This document shows, one piece after another, positions 13,331-28,827 of a DNA stretch of 64,000 bases. This DNA is from Eledone cirrhosa (taxonomy: Eukaryota). The notes beneath the pieces were generated by a model. The model did no database searches, was not told the DNA's origin, and worked only from the letters and a program-made list of their open reading frames with translations. Positions within the stretch are counted from its first letter, which is position 1. Every line of letters starts with the position of its first letter. The stretch is from the NCBI GenBank assembly GCA_964016885.1, contig OZ024760.1, positions 3,596,001 to 3,660,000 of the forward strand, written 5' to 3'. The position numbers and the translations under genes were made by a program.

Positions 13331-14078
13331 ACGTGTGTATGTGTGTGTGTATATGTGTGTGGTGTTTTAAGCTTCGCGTGTATGTGTGTGCCTATGTGTT
13401 GTGTGTGTGTGTGTGCGCGTGTTATGTGGCGCACGTGTATGCATGTGTGTGTGTGTGTGTGTGTGTATGTGTGTGCATATGTGTTGTGTGTGTGTGTACC
13501 TATGTTGTGTGTGTGTGTGCTTATGTGTTGTGTGTGCATGTGTTATGTGGCGCACGTGCATGCATGTGTGTGTGTATGTGTGTGCCTATGTGTTGTGTGT
13601 ATGTGTGAGTATTTTATGTGGCGCACGTGCATGCATGTGTGTGTGTGTTATGTGATTGTACAATGTTCTCTGTAAATTGTGTGTGTTTTTAGTTATGTGT
13701 GAGTGGTTTAATTGTATGTATGTATATATGTATGTGCACACACACACACACATACACTTTCTCACACACACACATATATATATGCGCTCGTGTGTGTGTG
13801 TGTGAGAGAGAGTGAGTGTGTGTGTGTGAGAGAGAGTGAGTGTATGTGTGTGAGAGAGAGAGAATGAGTGTGTGTGTGTGTGAGAGTGAGTGAGTGTGTG
13901 TGTGTGAGAGAGAGTGAGTGTGTGTGTGTGAGAGAGAGAGAGTGTGTGTGTAAGAGAGAGTGAGTGTGTGTATGTGCGTGTGTGTAATCGTGTAATCAGT
14001 GAGGATATTCCAGGGGTCCACTCATTTAATGTATTCTCGTTCTTTTAATTCTAAGTACATCATCTACACTGCATCTCG

Positions 14079-14117
<39 letters not shown>

Positions 14118-14188
14118 TTGTTTACCAAAATACTTATATATATATACAATATATTAATAAATGGAAACTATATTTATAAAACCATAAT

Positions 14189-14254
14189 TATTTTATTATA
14201 TATATTTCAAGGGCAACCAAGGTAGATTATGGTGCGCTTTCATCAGATAAAATA
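14189..14254 (-). ncRNA. Type I hammerhead ribozyme motif (HHR family A)
   Basis: Minus strand: tattttat CTGATGA aag cgcacca-taatctacct-tggttgcc ctt GAAA t-atat-a TA^ataaaata; perfect 8-bp stem I, intact core, AUA cleavage triplet. Confidence 0.8.
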
Positions 14255-14374
14255 CAGATTTGTTTTATAAATAAATATTGACATACCCGGAAAAAAGACA
14301 ACCTCAACGGTTGAAATTCGCTGGATAAATAAATTTTTAAGCTTGTTCAATCCCAACAAATTAAATATAACCTC

Positions 14375-14440
<66 letters not shown>

Positions 14441-14467
14441 CTGTCAGGGTATTGTCATGTATCATTT

Positions 14468-14534
14468 TATTGTATCTGATGAGGACGTACTGTTGAACTT
14501 AATTCAGTACCTCTGAAATATGTATAATAAAATA
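14468..14534 (+). ncRNA. Type I hammerhead ribozyme motif (HHR family B)
   Basis: tattgtat CTGATGA ggac gtactg-ttgaacttaatt-cagtac ctct GAAA t-atgt-a TA^ataaaata; stem I 7/8 bp. Confidence 0.7.
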
Positions 14535-14669
14535 TAATTGATCACAAGAATATCTATTTTGTTAATATTTGGAATTAATATTAATAACTCTGAAAAATAT
14601 TTCTTGTAGAGTGCTTCCAATCTATTGTAAAACTCATTCTTTGATGTATTCATTGAATCTTGTTTAACT

Positions 14670-14994
<325 letters not shown>

Positions 14995-15349
14995 TATCAG
15001 CTTTAGGGTCCTACAAATGTTTTTAACTTTGTACCCGCTTTGGATGGGCCTGCATATGCGTATGTGTGTGTCTTTTAAACTGTAATAGGATGTGTATGTA
15101 ATAATATGCACATACGTGCTTGTGCCAGATTGGCCTATGAAGGATTGTTCACTACTGTAATATATATCAGGATAGTTAGACCATAACTAGAGAGAGGGGG
15201 AGAAAGAGAGAGAGAGAGAGAGAGAGAGGGGGGAATGTTGGCTACTAGCTATTAAAAATTTTAATTTTTAAGGTGAGAATCCTCTTGAATATCATTAAAT
15301 TATCAACTAAGTAAATTAGAACTGACATTCAGGTAATTGTCATTATACA

Positions 15350-16925
<1,576 letters not shown>

Positions 16926-17115
16926 ATAAGTAACAAGCAAAGTTTCTAGTTGGAGGCTATTATTCTAAGACAATCTTCTTTCTGAAAATGTTGTGCTACT
17001 TTTATGGAAATTGATCTGACAACTGTGACAGCCCTGACATAGTGACACAGTGTATCTAGGATTACATTATCTAATACGTTCCTCTAACCCCCCTCTCTCT
17101 CTCATTATAATTAAA

Positions 17116-17965
17116 GAAGGCAGATGGTCGGAGAATGGTAGAAAAATGCGCAGCAGTATTTGTGTCGGTTGAAGTGCTACCGAGGTCAACTTTGCCATTC
17201 ATCCTTCCAAGATCGATAAAATAAAGTACCAGTAAATTACTGGGGTAGATTTAATCGACTTCAGCCACCCCCTAAAATTGCTGGCCTTGTAGCAATGTTT
17301 GAAAGGATTATTAAAAAAGGGCGATGCATTATCAGAACCGTTTGGATGTCGGGCAAATTTGTGATATTTGTCTCAACTCTCTTCGTTCTGAGTTCAAATC
17401 ACGCCGAGGTCAACTTTGACTTGTATCCTTCTAGTCAAACATTTGGGGTATTCCGTCGCTTACGACGACGAGTATTCTTGTTGATACGATCAACAGAACA
17501 CCCTGCTCGTGAAATTAACAAACACGCGTACCTTTAACGTAGTTCTAAGGGAGATTCAGTGTGACACAGAATATGACAAAGCTGGTCTTTCGAAATACAT
17601 GTACAACTCATTTTTGCCAGCTGAGTGGACTGGAGCAACGTGAAATAAAATGTCTTGCTCAAGGACACAACGCACCACCGGGAATCGAATTCACAACCTT
17701 ACAATCGTGAGTCAAATGTTGTTACAGCTCACACCTATGCAGGCTTAGCTGGCCTACTCCAAGGTATATCTCGTTGGAGGTGTCTTGGGTGATTTAATGA
17801 TAGGGACCCAGTCCTACCATCTCATTTCTACAGGTGAGTAAACTGGAGCAACATGAAATAAAGTGTCTTGCTCAAAGAAACAACACATCATCCGGTCCAA
17901 GAATTGAACTCACAACTTTTCGATTGCAAGCCCAATGCTCTAACCACTAAGACATGCGCCTTCAC
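17116..17965. mobile_element. Cluster of SINEs: family A (+, 17116-17430) and family B (-, 17455-17720 and 17818-17965)
   Basis: Central-domain motifs, plus reverse CORE-like gtcttgctcaaggacacaac and tRNA-like heads. Confidence 0.75.
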
Positions 17966-19052
17966 TAGTCAAACATTGGGATAGATATAATCGATTCTTG
18001 CCTCTACCTCACAAAAGAAACCTACTGGGTGTAAATTAGAAAACATTGTTTAAGATGACAGGATGTGATTTAAGAGTAGATCTAGTTATTGCAGTTGAAT
18101 GACCAGGTTGATGGGTAGAAGTTGATTCCTTTCCTACATAGATGGCGCGTATGTATATATATATAACAAAGAAGGTGTGGTAAGGAACCAGGTGGACCAT
18201 AAGTACTCGATACTTAGGGTAGTAGAGTGGTTTAGTTCGGATCTAGTTATCGAAACGACCGGAGCTCAGCCGTCAGGGTCCTGACTCTTTCCCTTATATA
18301 AATATATATATATCTTGTATCCCTGGGATAGTTTGCTGCCTCTCAGACGCAGTCTCCTCTCTTGTCAGGAAAAACAAAACAAATAAACAATAAATATAAG
18401 CCCTACACGGCCCCGTGGTCGGGAAGGGGTACACGTTTTTGTGTCAGAGATATAGATATAAGCAGAAGCGAAGACAAAGTATGGTGAAAGTGCTATTAAT
18501 GAGAGCATGGCTATGTACTTATGGTACTGTTGATACACATGTGTGTATGTATGTGTGTGTGTATGTATGTGTGTGTGTATGCATGCATATATGTATGTAT
18601 ATATTTTTGTATATATGTTTGTATGCATGCATACAATGTATGTATGCATGCATGTATGTGTGTATATATGTATGTATGTATGTATGTATGCATGTATATA
18701 TGTATGTATGCATGTATATATGCATGTATGTATATATATATATATATGTGTGTGTGTGTGGGGTGGGGGGGGGGTATGTGTATGTGTGTGTGCAACGGCA
18801 TCTGTGTGTGTGTGTGTGTGTGTACGTCGTATCGAAAGTTAGGTTTTGCGTATTGGAAATAAAAATGAAAATTTGGAAGAGGAGTGTGAGAGAGTGAGGG
18901 AAGGTGTGAGGATAGTTGGAAATAGAGAGAGGGGGAGGAATGAATGAGAAAAAGAAGGAAGGAAAAGAAAAGGAGAGTGAAGAATGAAGAGAAAAAAGGA
19001 TGAGAGAGAATGAGTTTGGTAACAGAAATATTGATAAGCATATATATATATA

Positions 19053-19466
19053 CAGTTCTCCCCCAGTATTCGCGGGGATTAAGTTCCTAGAGTACCCGCG
19101 AAGAGTGAAAAACCACGAATATAGGAAGTGGTCCAAAAAATGCCTATAAACGTCAAATTATAACGTAAAATATGAAAGAGCGAGCGTCTTATGCGAAGGG
19201 GCGTCCAATAGACCGGCAAATACAGTATATTGTTCGGGGTCGATAAAATAAAGTACCAGTAATGCACTGGGTAATTGCTGGCCTTGTGCCTAAAGTAGAA
19301 ACAATTAATGATTTAGCGCTAAAAAAAATATATATGTATATTGCCACGAAAAAATCGATTTAAAAAATCGCGGAAGATATCTACGATACCGCGAATATGC
19401 GGTGGTTTCCACAAACAATCATTAGTTAGTTTCTAAGGGGAAAATTCCGCGAATGCCGGGGGTAAA

Positions 19467-19469
<3 letters not shown>
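19053..19469. mobile_element. Non-autonomous Tc1/mariner(pogo)-type DNA element with TA flanks, containing a SINE A 3' fragment (19232-19306)
   Basis: TA|cagttctcccccagtattcgcgg ... ccgcgaatgccgggggtaaactg|TA, 23-bp imperfect TIRs. Confidence 0.75.
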
Positions 19470-19501
<32 letters not shown>

Positions 19502-20004
19502 GGGGGGGGGGTGAGAGCATGTGTGTTTAGAAAACGGCGTGCCGAATTTAAAAATTGAATCAGAAGATTTCCATGTATTTTTGACAAAAGAAAATAGTCT
19601 AACCACGGGGCTTATAAGCCCCCATAAACCGGAAAAGATGAGCATCAGCGCTGATGCTCATCAGTTTAATTATATATATATACCTAAATAATTGCTTCCT
19701 GTGTTTTGATCGTTGAATTTCAAATATATATATATATATATGAGTGCCGGATTAAAAGTTGGCGAGGCCCTAAGCTGTATAAAGCTTGGGGGCTCCTCGT
19801 TAAAAAGAATTGAGCTAGAAGGTCCCACAATAAATGAAAACATACATGCCTTTTGGTTATTGTGAGTCCCCTCTTTCCTGAAGACCACACACACACACAT
19901 ATATATATATACACACACACACACATATATATATATAAATATAAATCAATAATATTAATAAATGGAAACTATATCCCTTTTGCTTATATATAAATATATA
20001 TATA

Positions 20005-20036
<32 letters not shown>

Positions 20037-21114
20037 GAAAGATCACCTATGTATGCAATGTACTATTACGTAGTGTCCTATAACCTATAAAGCAAGTCTT
20101 CACCCCACTTCCACCAACAGCACTGGCGTTATACTTATTATATATTTACCATTACAAACTCCATCATTACACTCATAGCCACCCTTACCATTACACCCGC
20201 CACCACAAGCACTCCCACGACCACCATCACCGCCACCTGCACCACCATCACTGCCACTACCACCGCCACTAACACTACCACCAGCACTATTACCACATAT
20301 CACCATCAACAACACCAAATTAGAAATTCATATTTCCTATAGAACTTTAACGCACGAGCGCACACGCACACACGCATAGGCACACACACACACGCGTAGG
20401 CACACACACACACAACCACCACCCGTCGTCGATCCATTGCTTGATGAGAGCCTCCTCAACATGTCGTTACCTATATATAAGTATATATATTGATCTGTAT
20501 GTATATATACATATACAAACGCATACCACTTTCACTTTCTCAATGAATCTCCTTCCATATTCCCCCTACTGTCACTCTCCTCTCCTCCCTCTCTCTCTCC
20601 ACACACACATATATATAAAGGTACCCCCCTCTCTTCTCCACCTTCATATATATAGGAAGCCTATATGTGGTCGCTTATGCCTTTAGAAATACCAGCTAAA
20701 AAGTCTTCATTGATTTATACCCGACTGTCTTGGAAAAGGACACCGGTGGGTTACTTACACGTAGAGGAAATCGTCGGATTGGTCACAGATGGAATGGTTT
20801 TCACCTTAGAGTAGGTCAGTGTTGAGGCTGCACGGCCTGCTGGGTATAGTAGCTAAATTTCCCTCATTGCGTCTTTCACAATAAAATGAAAAAAAGGTAT
20901 AATGACTGAATCAGCTGTGTTGAAAAGGGGTCTGTCCAAACCTAGGGCTAAACACCAACAACATGAATATACACACACACATACACACACACGCGCATAC
21001 ACACACACACGCGTATACAAGGGTACATTACAACATGCACTCACTTTAGCAATAGCACACGCATACACACAAAGACTCACACTCAGTGACTTTCGTAAGA
21101 GTACACACACACAC

Positions 21115-21375
21115 ACATTCGTAATAGTTCTTACATACACACACACACACGTTCGTAATAGTTCTTACATACACACACAAAGCCACACACATTCGTAATA
21201 GTTCTTACATACACACACATTCGTAATAGTTCTTACATATACACGCACCCACACACATTCGTAATAGTTCTTACACACACACATTCGTAATAGTTCTTAC
21301 ATATACACGCACCCACACACATTCGTAATAGTTCTTACATATACACGCACCCACACATACTCATGTTCGTAATAG
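21115..21375. repeat. Minisatellite ttcgtaatagttcttaca + (CA)n
   Basis: About 7 tandem units. Confidence 0.85.
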
Positions 21376-21569
21376 CAAGCATACACACGCCTTCACTTTC
21401 ATAATATCACATACACATACACACATACATTCGTTAGAACAATACAGAGGCACCACATGCAGTGATAGACACACATTTGATAAGCGGAACACATACAGAT
21501 ACATACATACACACATACACACATCATAGTATATGCATATTCCTATATGTAGCGGATGCATCTATTACG

Positions 21570-21614
<45 letters not shown>

Positions 21615-22117
21615 CTCTCCCTCTCTTTGCCATACATACACACGCACACACTCTCTCTCTCTTTGTCATACATACACACGCACACACACTCTCTCTCTTC
21701 GCCATACATACACACACTCTCCCTCTCACTCTCTCTCCGTCATACATACTCTCTCTCTCTCTCTGTCATACACTCTCTCTCTCTCTCTGTCATACATACA
21801 CACTCTCTCTCTCATTCATACACACACTCTCTCACACACAGACACACAAGTACATACGTAACAACACTGTTACCCCCCCCCCCATTTACTCAATTTCCTT
21901 CTCTCTCTCTCCAGTGCATTCACAACTCCCCCTCTTTCTCTCCAGTGTAGTGACACCCACTCCCCTCTTTCTCTCCCTTGCACAACTCTCTCTCTTGCAC
22001 TACTCTCCCTCTCTTTCCATCCCTCTCTCTCTTACACACACAAACACGCATGCACTTTCTCTTTCCGTCTCTCATTCTCTATCGATCTGCCTCTCCTTCT
22101 CTCCAGTGCACTCTCTC

Positions 22118-22170
<53 letters not shown>

Positions 22171-22834
22171 CGCTCTCACTGTTCCACTAAACTTCCACCT
22201 CCTCCCTCCACTAAGTCCCACCACCACCACCACCACCACCACACATGGTGAACCATTGTACGCAATAGAAGTGCATATGGAAGGAATATGCGTGACTGTG
22301 CGTAGTGAATAAGATTGGAGGCTGTCAGTAAAGTTGTGCTATCAGGACAGCCGACATCATACATAGACCGGTAGATATTACAACAGCCTCCGGATAAAAA
22401 GATACCTGTGCTGGACACATCATCATCAAATCTTCTACCTTCATTAGCACACATATACTCTTATTCACTCACACACACACATATATATATACATACACAT
22501 ATATATATATACATACATATATATATATATACATACATATATATATACATACATATATATATACATACATATATATATACGTAAATACATTCACACATTA
22601 TATATATATATATAATCTTTCCAGTTTTATATTTAAAAACGAAATTATATATATATATATGTATATATGTGTGTGTGTGTGTATGTATATATACGTGTAT
22701 ATATATACTATATTAGTCTGTCTTCAAAAATATATCACAACTATTGTAATTAAGCAAGGTAAGATACAGTTATTAAATTATTATTATATTATTTTTATTA
22801 TTATTATTAATCCTAGGTATATTGACGTTATATA

Positions 22835-22914
22835 CAGAGCGTCCCCCCAAAAATGTATACACAAATATATTGGAATGCTGTTGAAGTGTGTATACATTTT
22901 GGGGGGACACCTTG
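22835..22914. mobile_element. 80-bp Tc1/mariner-type MITE
   Basis: TA|cagagcgtccccccaaaaatgtatacaca ... tgtgtatacattttggggggacaccttg|TA; sister copy at 32439. Confidence 0.75.
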
Positions 22915-23046
22915 TATTTACAGTTATGTTTTGACGTTTGTGCTTCTAGGAGCTGTTTTCTACGTTTCACCATCTTTCGCATATGGCATTGTTGTTGTTA
23001 CTATTGTTGTTGATGATGATGATGATATACTGATGATGATGATATA

Positions 23047-23087
<41 letters not shown>

Positions 23088-23333
23088 ATTTCGTGTTCAT
23101 TGACGATTTATTTATTTGTATTATTTGTATTATTTATATTTTCTGAAAAGTATTCATATTACGTTATTTTGCGTGGTATTACTACTCACAGACACACACA
23201 TATATATACACACATATATATACACACATATATATGCACACACATACACACACACAAACACATATATATATATACGTGTGTGTGTGTGTGTATGTATATA
23301 AGTGTATATATATTATATACATGTATATGTGTG

Positions 23334-23368
<35 letters not shown>

Positions 23369-23415
23369 GTATATAAATTCATATATATATGTATACATAT
23401 ATATATGCATACATA

Positions 23416-23466
<51 letters not shown>

Positions 23467-23468
23467 CC

Positions 23469-23540
23469 ATATATTTTGTCTGATGAAGTCGTAATGAAAA
23501 AACAACACAGTACCTTTGAAATATATATAATAAAGTATAT
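23469..23540 (+). ncRNA. Type I hammerhead ribozyme motif (HHR family B)
   Basis: atatattttgt CTGATGA agtcgtaatg...cagtaccttt GAAA t-atat-a TA^ataaagtatat; 11-bp stem I with 2 G.U pairs, weakened stem II; downstream flank homologous to 14535-14580. Confidence 0.65.
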
Positions 23541-23981
23541 ATTTTGATTATGCGAATATTTTTCATTTGTTAACATTTTGAATAATATATGTATACATAT
23601 ATATATATATACATATATATGTATACATATATATATATATATATATATGTATACATATATATATATACACATATATATACACATATATATATACACACAT
23701 ATATATATATACACACATATATATAATACACATATATATATATATACACATATATATATATATACACATATATATATATACATACATATATATACACATA
23801 TATATATATATACATATATATATATACACACACACACATATATATATGTATATACATGTATATATATATATATATACACATATATATATATAGGTGTATG
23901 TAAAAAGAGGTACAGATAGAGAAACAATTGTGAGTGCGGGTATTTTGTGCACGTGTGTGTGTATGTGTATATATGTGTGTG

Positions 23982-24034
<53 letters not shown>

Positions 24035-24137
24035 ATGTATATGTGTGTGTGTGTGAGCGCGCGTGTGTAGCTTTGTTTATTTTACAATTTAGGAAATATG
24101 AACATTGAGGTAATAAACACAAGGTATTTGATTGTCT

Positions 24138-27100
24138 TGGTAGTGGTAGTGGTGTTGGTAGTAGTAGTGTTGGTGGTAGTGTTGGTGGTAGTAGTGTTGG
24201 TAGTAGTAGTGTTGGTAGTAGTGTTGGTGGTAGTAGTGTTGGTAGTGGTAGTAGTGGTGTTGGTAGTAGTGTTGGTGGTAGTAGTGTTGGTAGTGGTAGT
24301 AGTGGTGTTGGTAGTAGTAGTGTTGGTAGTAGTGTTGGTAGTAGTAGTGTTGGTAGTAGTAGTAGTGGTGTTGGTAGTAGTAGTAGTGGTGTTGGTAGTA
24401 GTAGTGTTCGTGGTAGTGGTGTTGGTAGTAGTAGTGTTGGTAGTAGTGGTGTTGGTAGTAGTAGTGTTGGTGGTAGTGGTGTTGGTAGTAGTGGTGTTGG
24501 TGGTAGTGGTGTTGGTAGTAGTGTTGTTGGTAGTAGTAGTGGTGGTGGTAGTGGTGTTGGTAGTAGTGGTGTTGGTAGTAGTAGTGTTGGTAGTAGTGGT
24601 GTTGGTAGTAGAGGTGTTGGTGGTAGTGGTGTTGGTAGTAGTAGTGTTGGTGGTAGTGGTGTTGGTAGTAGTAGTGTTGGTAGTAGTAGTGTTGGTAGTA
24701 GTGGTGTTGGTAGTAGTAGTGTTGGTAGTAGTGTTGGTGGTAGTAGTGTTGGTAGTAGTAGTAGTGGTGTTGGTAGTAGTAGTGTTGATGGTAGTGGTGT
24801 TGGTAGTAGTAGTGTTCGTGGTAGTGGTGTTGGTAGAAGTAGTGTTGGTAGTAGTGGTGTTGGTAGTAATAGTGTTGGTGGTAGTGGTGTTGGTAGTAGT
24901 GGTGTTGGTGGTAGTGGTGTTGGTAGTAGTGTTGTTGGTAGTAGTAGTGTTGGTGGTAGTGGTGTTGGTAGTAGTAGTGTTGGTGGTAGTGGTGTTGGTA
25001 GTAGTAGTGTTGGTAGTAGTAGTGTTGGTAGTAGTGGTGTTGGTAGCAGTAGTGTTGGTGGTAGTGGTGTTGGTAGTAGTGGTGTTGGTAGTAGTGGTGT
25101 TGGTAGTAGTAGTGTTGGTGGTAGTGGTGTTGGTAGTAGTAGTGTTGGTAGTAGTGGTGTTGGTAGTAGTGGTGTTGGTAGTAGTGGTGTTGGTAGTAGT
25201 GGTGTTGGTAGTAGTAGTGTTGGTAGTAGTGGTGTTGGTAGTAGTGGTGTTGGTAGTAGTAGTGTTGGTAGTAGTGGTGTTGGTAGTAGTGGTGTTGGTA
25301 GTAGTGGTGTTGGTAGTAGTAGTGTTGGTAGTAGTAGTAGTGGTGTTGGTGGTAGTGGTGTTGGTAGTAGTGGTGTTGGTAGTAGTAGTACTGGTGTTGG
25401 TGGTAGTGGTGTTGGTAGTAGTAGTGTTGGTAGTAGTGGTGTTGGTAGTAGTGGTGTTGGTAGTAGTGGTGTTGATAGTAGTAGTGTTGGTAGTAGTGGT
25501 GTTGGTAGTAGTAGTGTTGGTAGTAGTGGTGTTGGTAGTAGTGGTGTTGGTAGTAGTGGTGTTGGTAGTAGTGTTGGTAGTAGTAGTGTTGGTAGTAGCA
25601 GTGTTGGTAGTAGTGGTGTTGGTGGTAGTAGTGTTGGTAGTAGTAGTGTTGGTAGTAGTGGTGTTGGTAGTAGTGGTGTTGGTAGTAGTGGTGTTGGTAG
25701 TAGTAGTGTTGGTAGTAGTAGTGTTGGTAGTAGTGGTGTTGGTAGTAGTGGTGTTGGTAGTAGTAGTGTTGGTAGTAGTGGTGTTGGTAGTAGTAGTGTT
25801 GGTAGTAGTGGTGTTGGTAGTAGTGGTGTTGGTAGTAGTAGTGTTGGTAGTAGTAGTGTTGGTAGTAGTGTTGTTGGTAGTAGTGGTGTTGGTAGTAGTG
25901 GTGTTGGTAGTAGTGGTGTTGATAGTAGTAGTGTTGGTAGTAGTGGTGTTGGTAGTAGTAGTGTTGGTAGTAGTGGTGTTGGTAGTAGTGGTGTTGGTAG
26001 TAGTGTTGGTAGTAGTAGTGTTGGTAGTAGCAGTGTTGGTAGTAGTGGTGTTGGTGGTAGTAGTGTTGGTAGTAGTAGTGTTGGTAGTAGTGGTGTTGGT
26101 AGTAGTGGTGTTGGTAGTAGTGGTGTTGGTAGTAGTAGTGTTGGTAGTAGTAGTGTTGGTAGTAGTGGTGTTGGTAGTAGTGGTGTTGGTAGTAGTAGTG
26201 TTGGTAGTAGTGGTGTTGGTAGTAGTAGTGTTGGTAGTAGTGGTGTTGGTAGTAGTGGTGTTGGTAGTAGTAGTGTTGGTAGTAGTAGTGTTGGTAGTAG
26301 TGTTGTTGGTAGTAGTGGTGTTGGTAGTAGTGGTGTTGGTAGTAGTGGTGTTGGTAGTAGTGGTGTTGGTAGTAGTAGTGTTGGTAGTAGTGGTGTTGGT
26401 AGTAGTAGTGTTGGTAGTAGTGGTGTTGGTAGTAGTGGTGTTGGTAGTAGTGGTGTTGGTAGTAGTAGTGTTGGTAGTAGTGGTGTTGGTAGTAGTAGTG
26501 TTGGTAGTAGTGGTGTTGGTAGTAGTGGTGTTGGTAGTAGTGGTGTTGGTAGTAGTAGTGTTGGTAGTAGTGGTGTTGGTAGTAGTAGTGTTGGTAGTAG
26601 TGGTGTTGGTAGTAGTGGTGTTGGTAGTAGTGGTGTTGGTAGTAGTAGTGTTGGTAGTAGTGGTGTTGGTAGTAGTAGTGTTGGTAGTAGTAGTGTTGGT
26701 AGTAGTGTTGTTGGTAGTAGTGGTGTTGGTAGTAGTGGTGTTGGTAGTAGTAGTGTTGGTAGTAGTGGTGTTGGTAGTAGTGGTGTTGGTAGTAGTGTTG
26801 GTAGTAGTAGTGTTGGTAGTAGTAGTAGTGGTGTTGGTAGTAGTGGTGTTGGTAGTAGTGGTGTCGGTAGTAGTGGTGTTGGTGGTAGTAGTGTTGGTAG
26901 TAGTGGTGTTGGTAATAGTAGTAGTGGTGTTGGTAGTAGTGGTGTTGGTAGTAGTGGTGTTGGTAGTAGTAGTGTTGGTAGTAGTAGTGTTGGTAGTAGT
27001 AGTAGTGTTGGTAGTAGTGTTGTTGGTAGTAGTAGTGTTGGTAGTAGTGGTGTTGGTAGTAGTAGTGTTGGTGGTAGTGGTGTTGGTAGTAGTAGTGTTG

Positions 27101-27890
27101 GTGGTAGTGGTGTTGGTAGTAGTAGTGTTGGTGGTAGTGGTGTTGGTAGTAGTGGTAGTAGTGGTGTTGGTAGTAGTGGTGTTGGTAGTGGTGTTGGTAG
27201 TAGTGGTGTTGGTAGTAGTGGTGTTGGTAGTAGTGGTGTTGGTAGTAGTGTTGGTAGTAGTAGTGTTGGTAGTAGTAGTGTTGGTAGTAGTGGTGTTGGT
27301 AGTAGTGGTGTTGGTAGTAGTGCTGTTGGTAGTAGTAGTGTTGGTAGTAGTAATGTTGGTAGTAGTAGTGTTGGTAGTAGTGGTGTTGGTCGTAGTAGTG
27401 TTGGTAGTAGTGGTGTTGGTAGTAGTGGTGTTGGTAGTAGTGGTGTTGGTAGTAGTGGTGTTGGTAGTAGTAGTGTTGGTAGTAGTGGTGTTGGTAGTAG
27501 TGGTGTTGGTAGTAGTGGTGTTGGTAGTAGTAGTGTTGGTAGTAGTAGTGTTGGTAGTAGTAGTGTTGGTAGTAGTGGTGTTGGTAGTAGTGGTGTTGGT
27601 AGTAATAGTGTTGGTAGTAGTGGTGTTGGTAGTAGTGGTGTTGGTAGTAGTGGTGTTGGTAGTAGTGGTGTTGGTAGTAGTGGTGTTGGTAGTAGTGGTG
27701 TTGGTAGTGATGGTGTTGGTAGTAGTAGTGTTGGTAGTAGTGGTGTTGGTAGTAGTAGTGTTGGTAGTAGTGGTGTTGGTAGTAGTGGTGTTGGTAGTAG
27801 TGTTGGTAGTAGTAGTGTTGGTAGTAGTGGTGTTGGTAGTAGTGGTGTTGGTAGTAGTGGTGTTGGTAGTAGTGGTGTTGGTAGTGATGG
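24138..27890. repeat. About 3.75-kb 15-bp minisatellite gttggtagtagt(g/a)gt
   Basis: Roughly 250 units with 12- and 21-bp variants; internal block duplications (gttgatagt variant at ~25471 and 25918). Confidence 0.95.
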
Positions 27891-27944
27891 TGATGATGCT
27901 GCTGGTCTTGGTACTGTTATTGGTGGAGCTGGTTGCACCACCAT

Positions 27945-27956
27945 TGCTACTACTAT

Positions 27957-28004
<48 letters not shown>

Positions 28005-28095
28005 TACTACTACTACTGCTGCTACTACTACCACTACCACTACTACCACTACTACCACTACCACTACTACCACTACCACTACTACTACTACCACC

Positions 28096-28133
<38 letters not shown>

Positions 28134-28169
28134 CACTACTACCACCACCACCACCACTACTACTACTAT

Positions 28170-28205
<36 letters not shown>

Positions 28206-28241
28206 CACTACCACTACCACCCCCACCACCACTACTACCAG

Positions 28242-28318
<77 letters not shown>

Positions 28319-28337
28319 ATACTACTACTACTACTAC
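27945..28337. repeat. (ACT/ACC)n triplet tract in opposite polarity to the preceding minisatellite
   Basis: Direct inspection. Confidence 0.9.
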
Positions 28338-28448
28338 ATCAATGTTTTCATTCAGTATTGATTATCATAAAGAATTGATGTTGTTGTTTACACATGTGAG
28401 AGATGAAACTAGCGTCTCTCTCCCCCCTCTCACTCTCTCTCTCTCTCT

Positions 28449-28519
<71 letters not shown>

Positions 28520-28520
28520 G

Positions 28521-28554
<34 letters not shown>

Positions 28555-28594
28555 CGATATTAATAAATGGAAACTATATTTATATAACCATATT

Positions 28595-28659
28595 TATTTC
28601 ATTATACATATTTCAAGGACACCAAGTTAAATTATGGTGTGCTTTCATCAGATAAAATA
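28595..28659 (-). ncRNA. Type I hammerhead ribozyme motif (HHR family A)
   Basis: Minus strand: tattttat CTGATGA aag c acacca-taatttaact-tggtgt c ctt GAAA t-atgt-a TA^atgaaata; flanks homologous to 14148-14290. Confidence 0.8.
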
Positions 28660-28784
28660 TAATATAGAGCAGTTTTATAAATAAATATTGACATACCCTT
28701 AAAGAATCAACCATTCTTTAAGGGTATGTCAATGGCGTAGGACAGAACAAAGGAGAGGCACAAAAACAAAGAAAATAATCCACA

Positions 28785-28827
28785 GTCACTGAAGAGGTCA
28801 CAGAATGTGTGACGAAAGAACTTTGAC
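28785..28827 (+). ncRNA. Compact hammerhead-like motif (different family)
   Basis: gtca CTGAAGA g gtcac-agaatgt-gtgac GAAA g-aa-c TT^tgac; 4-bp stem I, 5-bp stem II with one extra G. Confidence 0.45.

Noticed and set aside
24033-28378. 1404-aa and 1426-aa ORFs
   Set aside because: Poly-V/L/P/T translations of a 15-bp minisatellite, open on both strands because of composition
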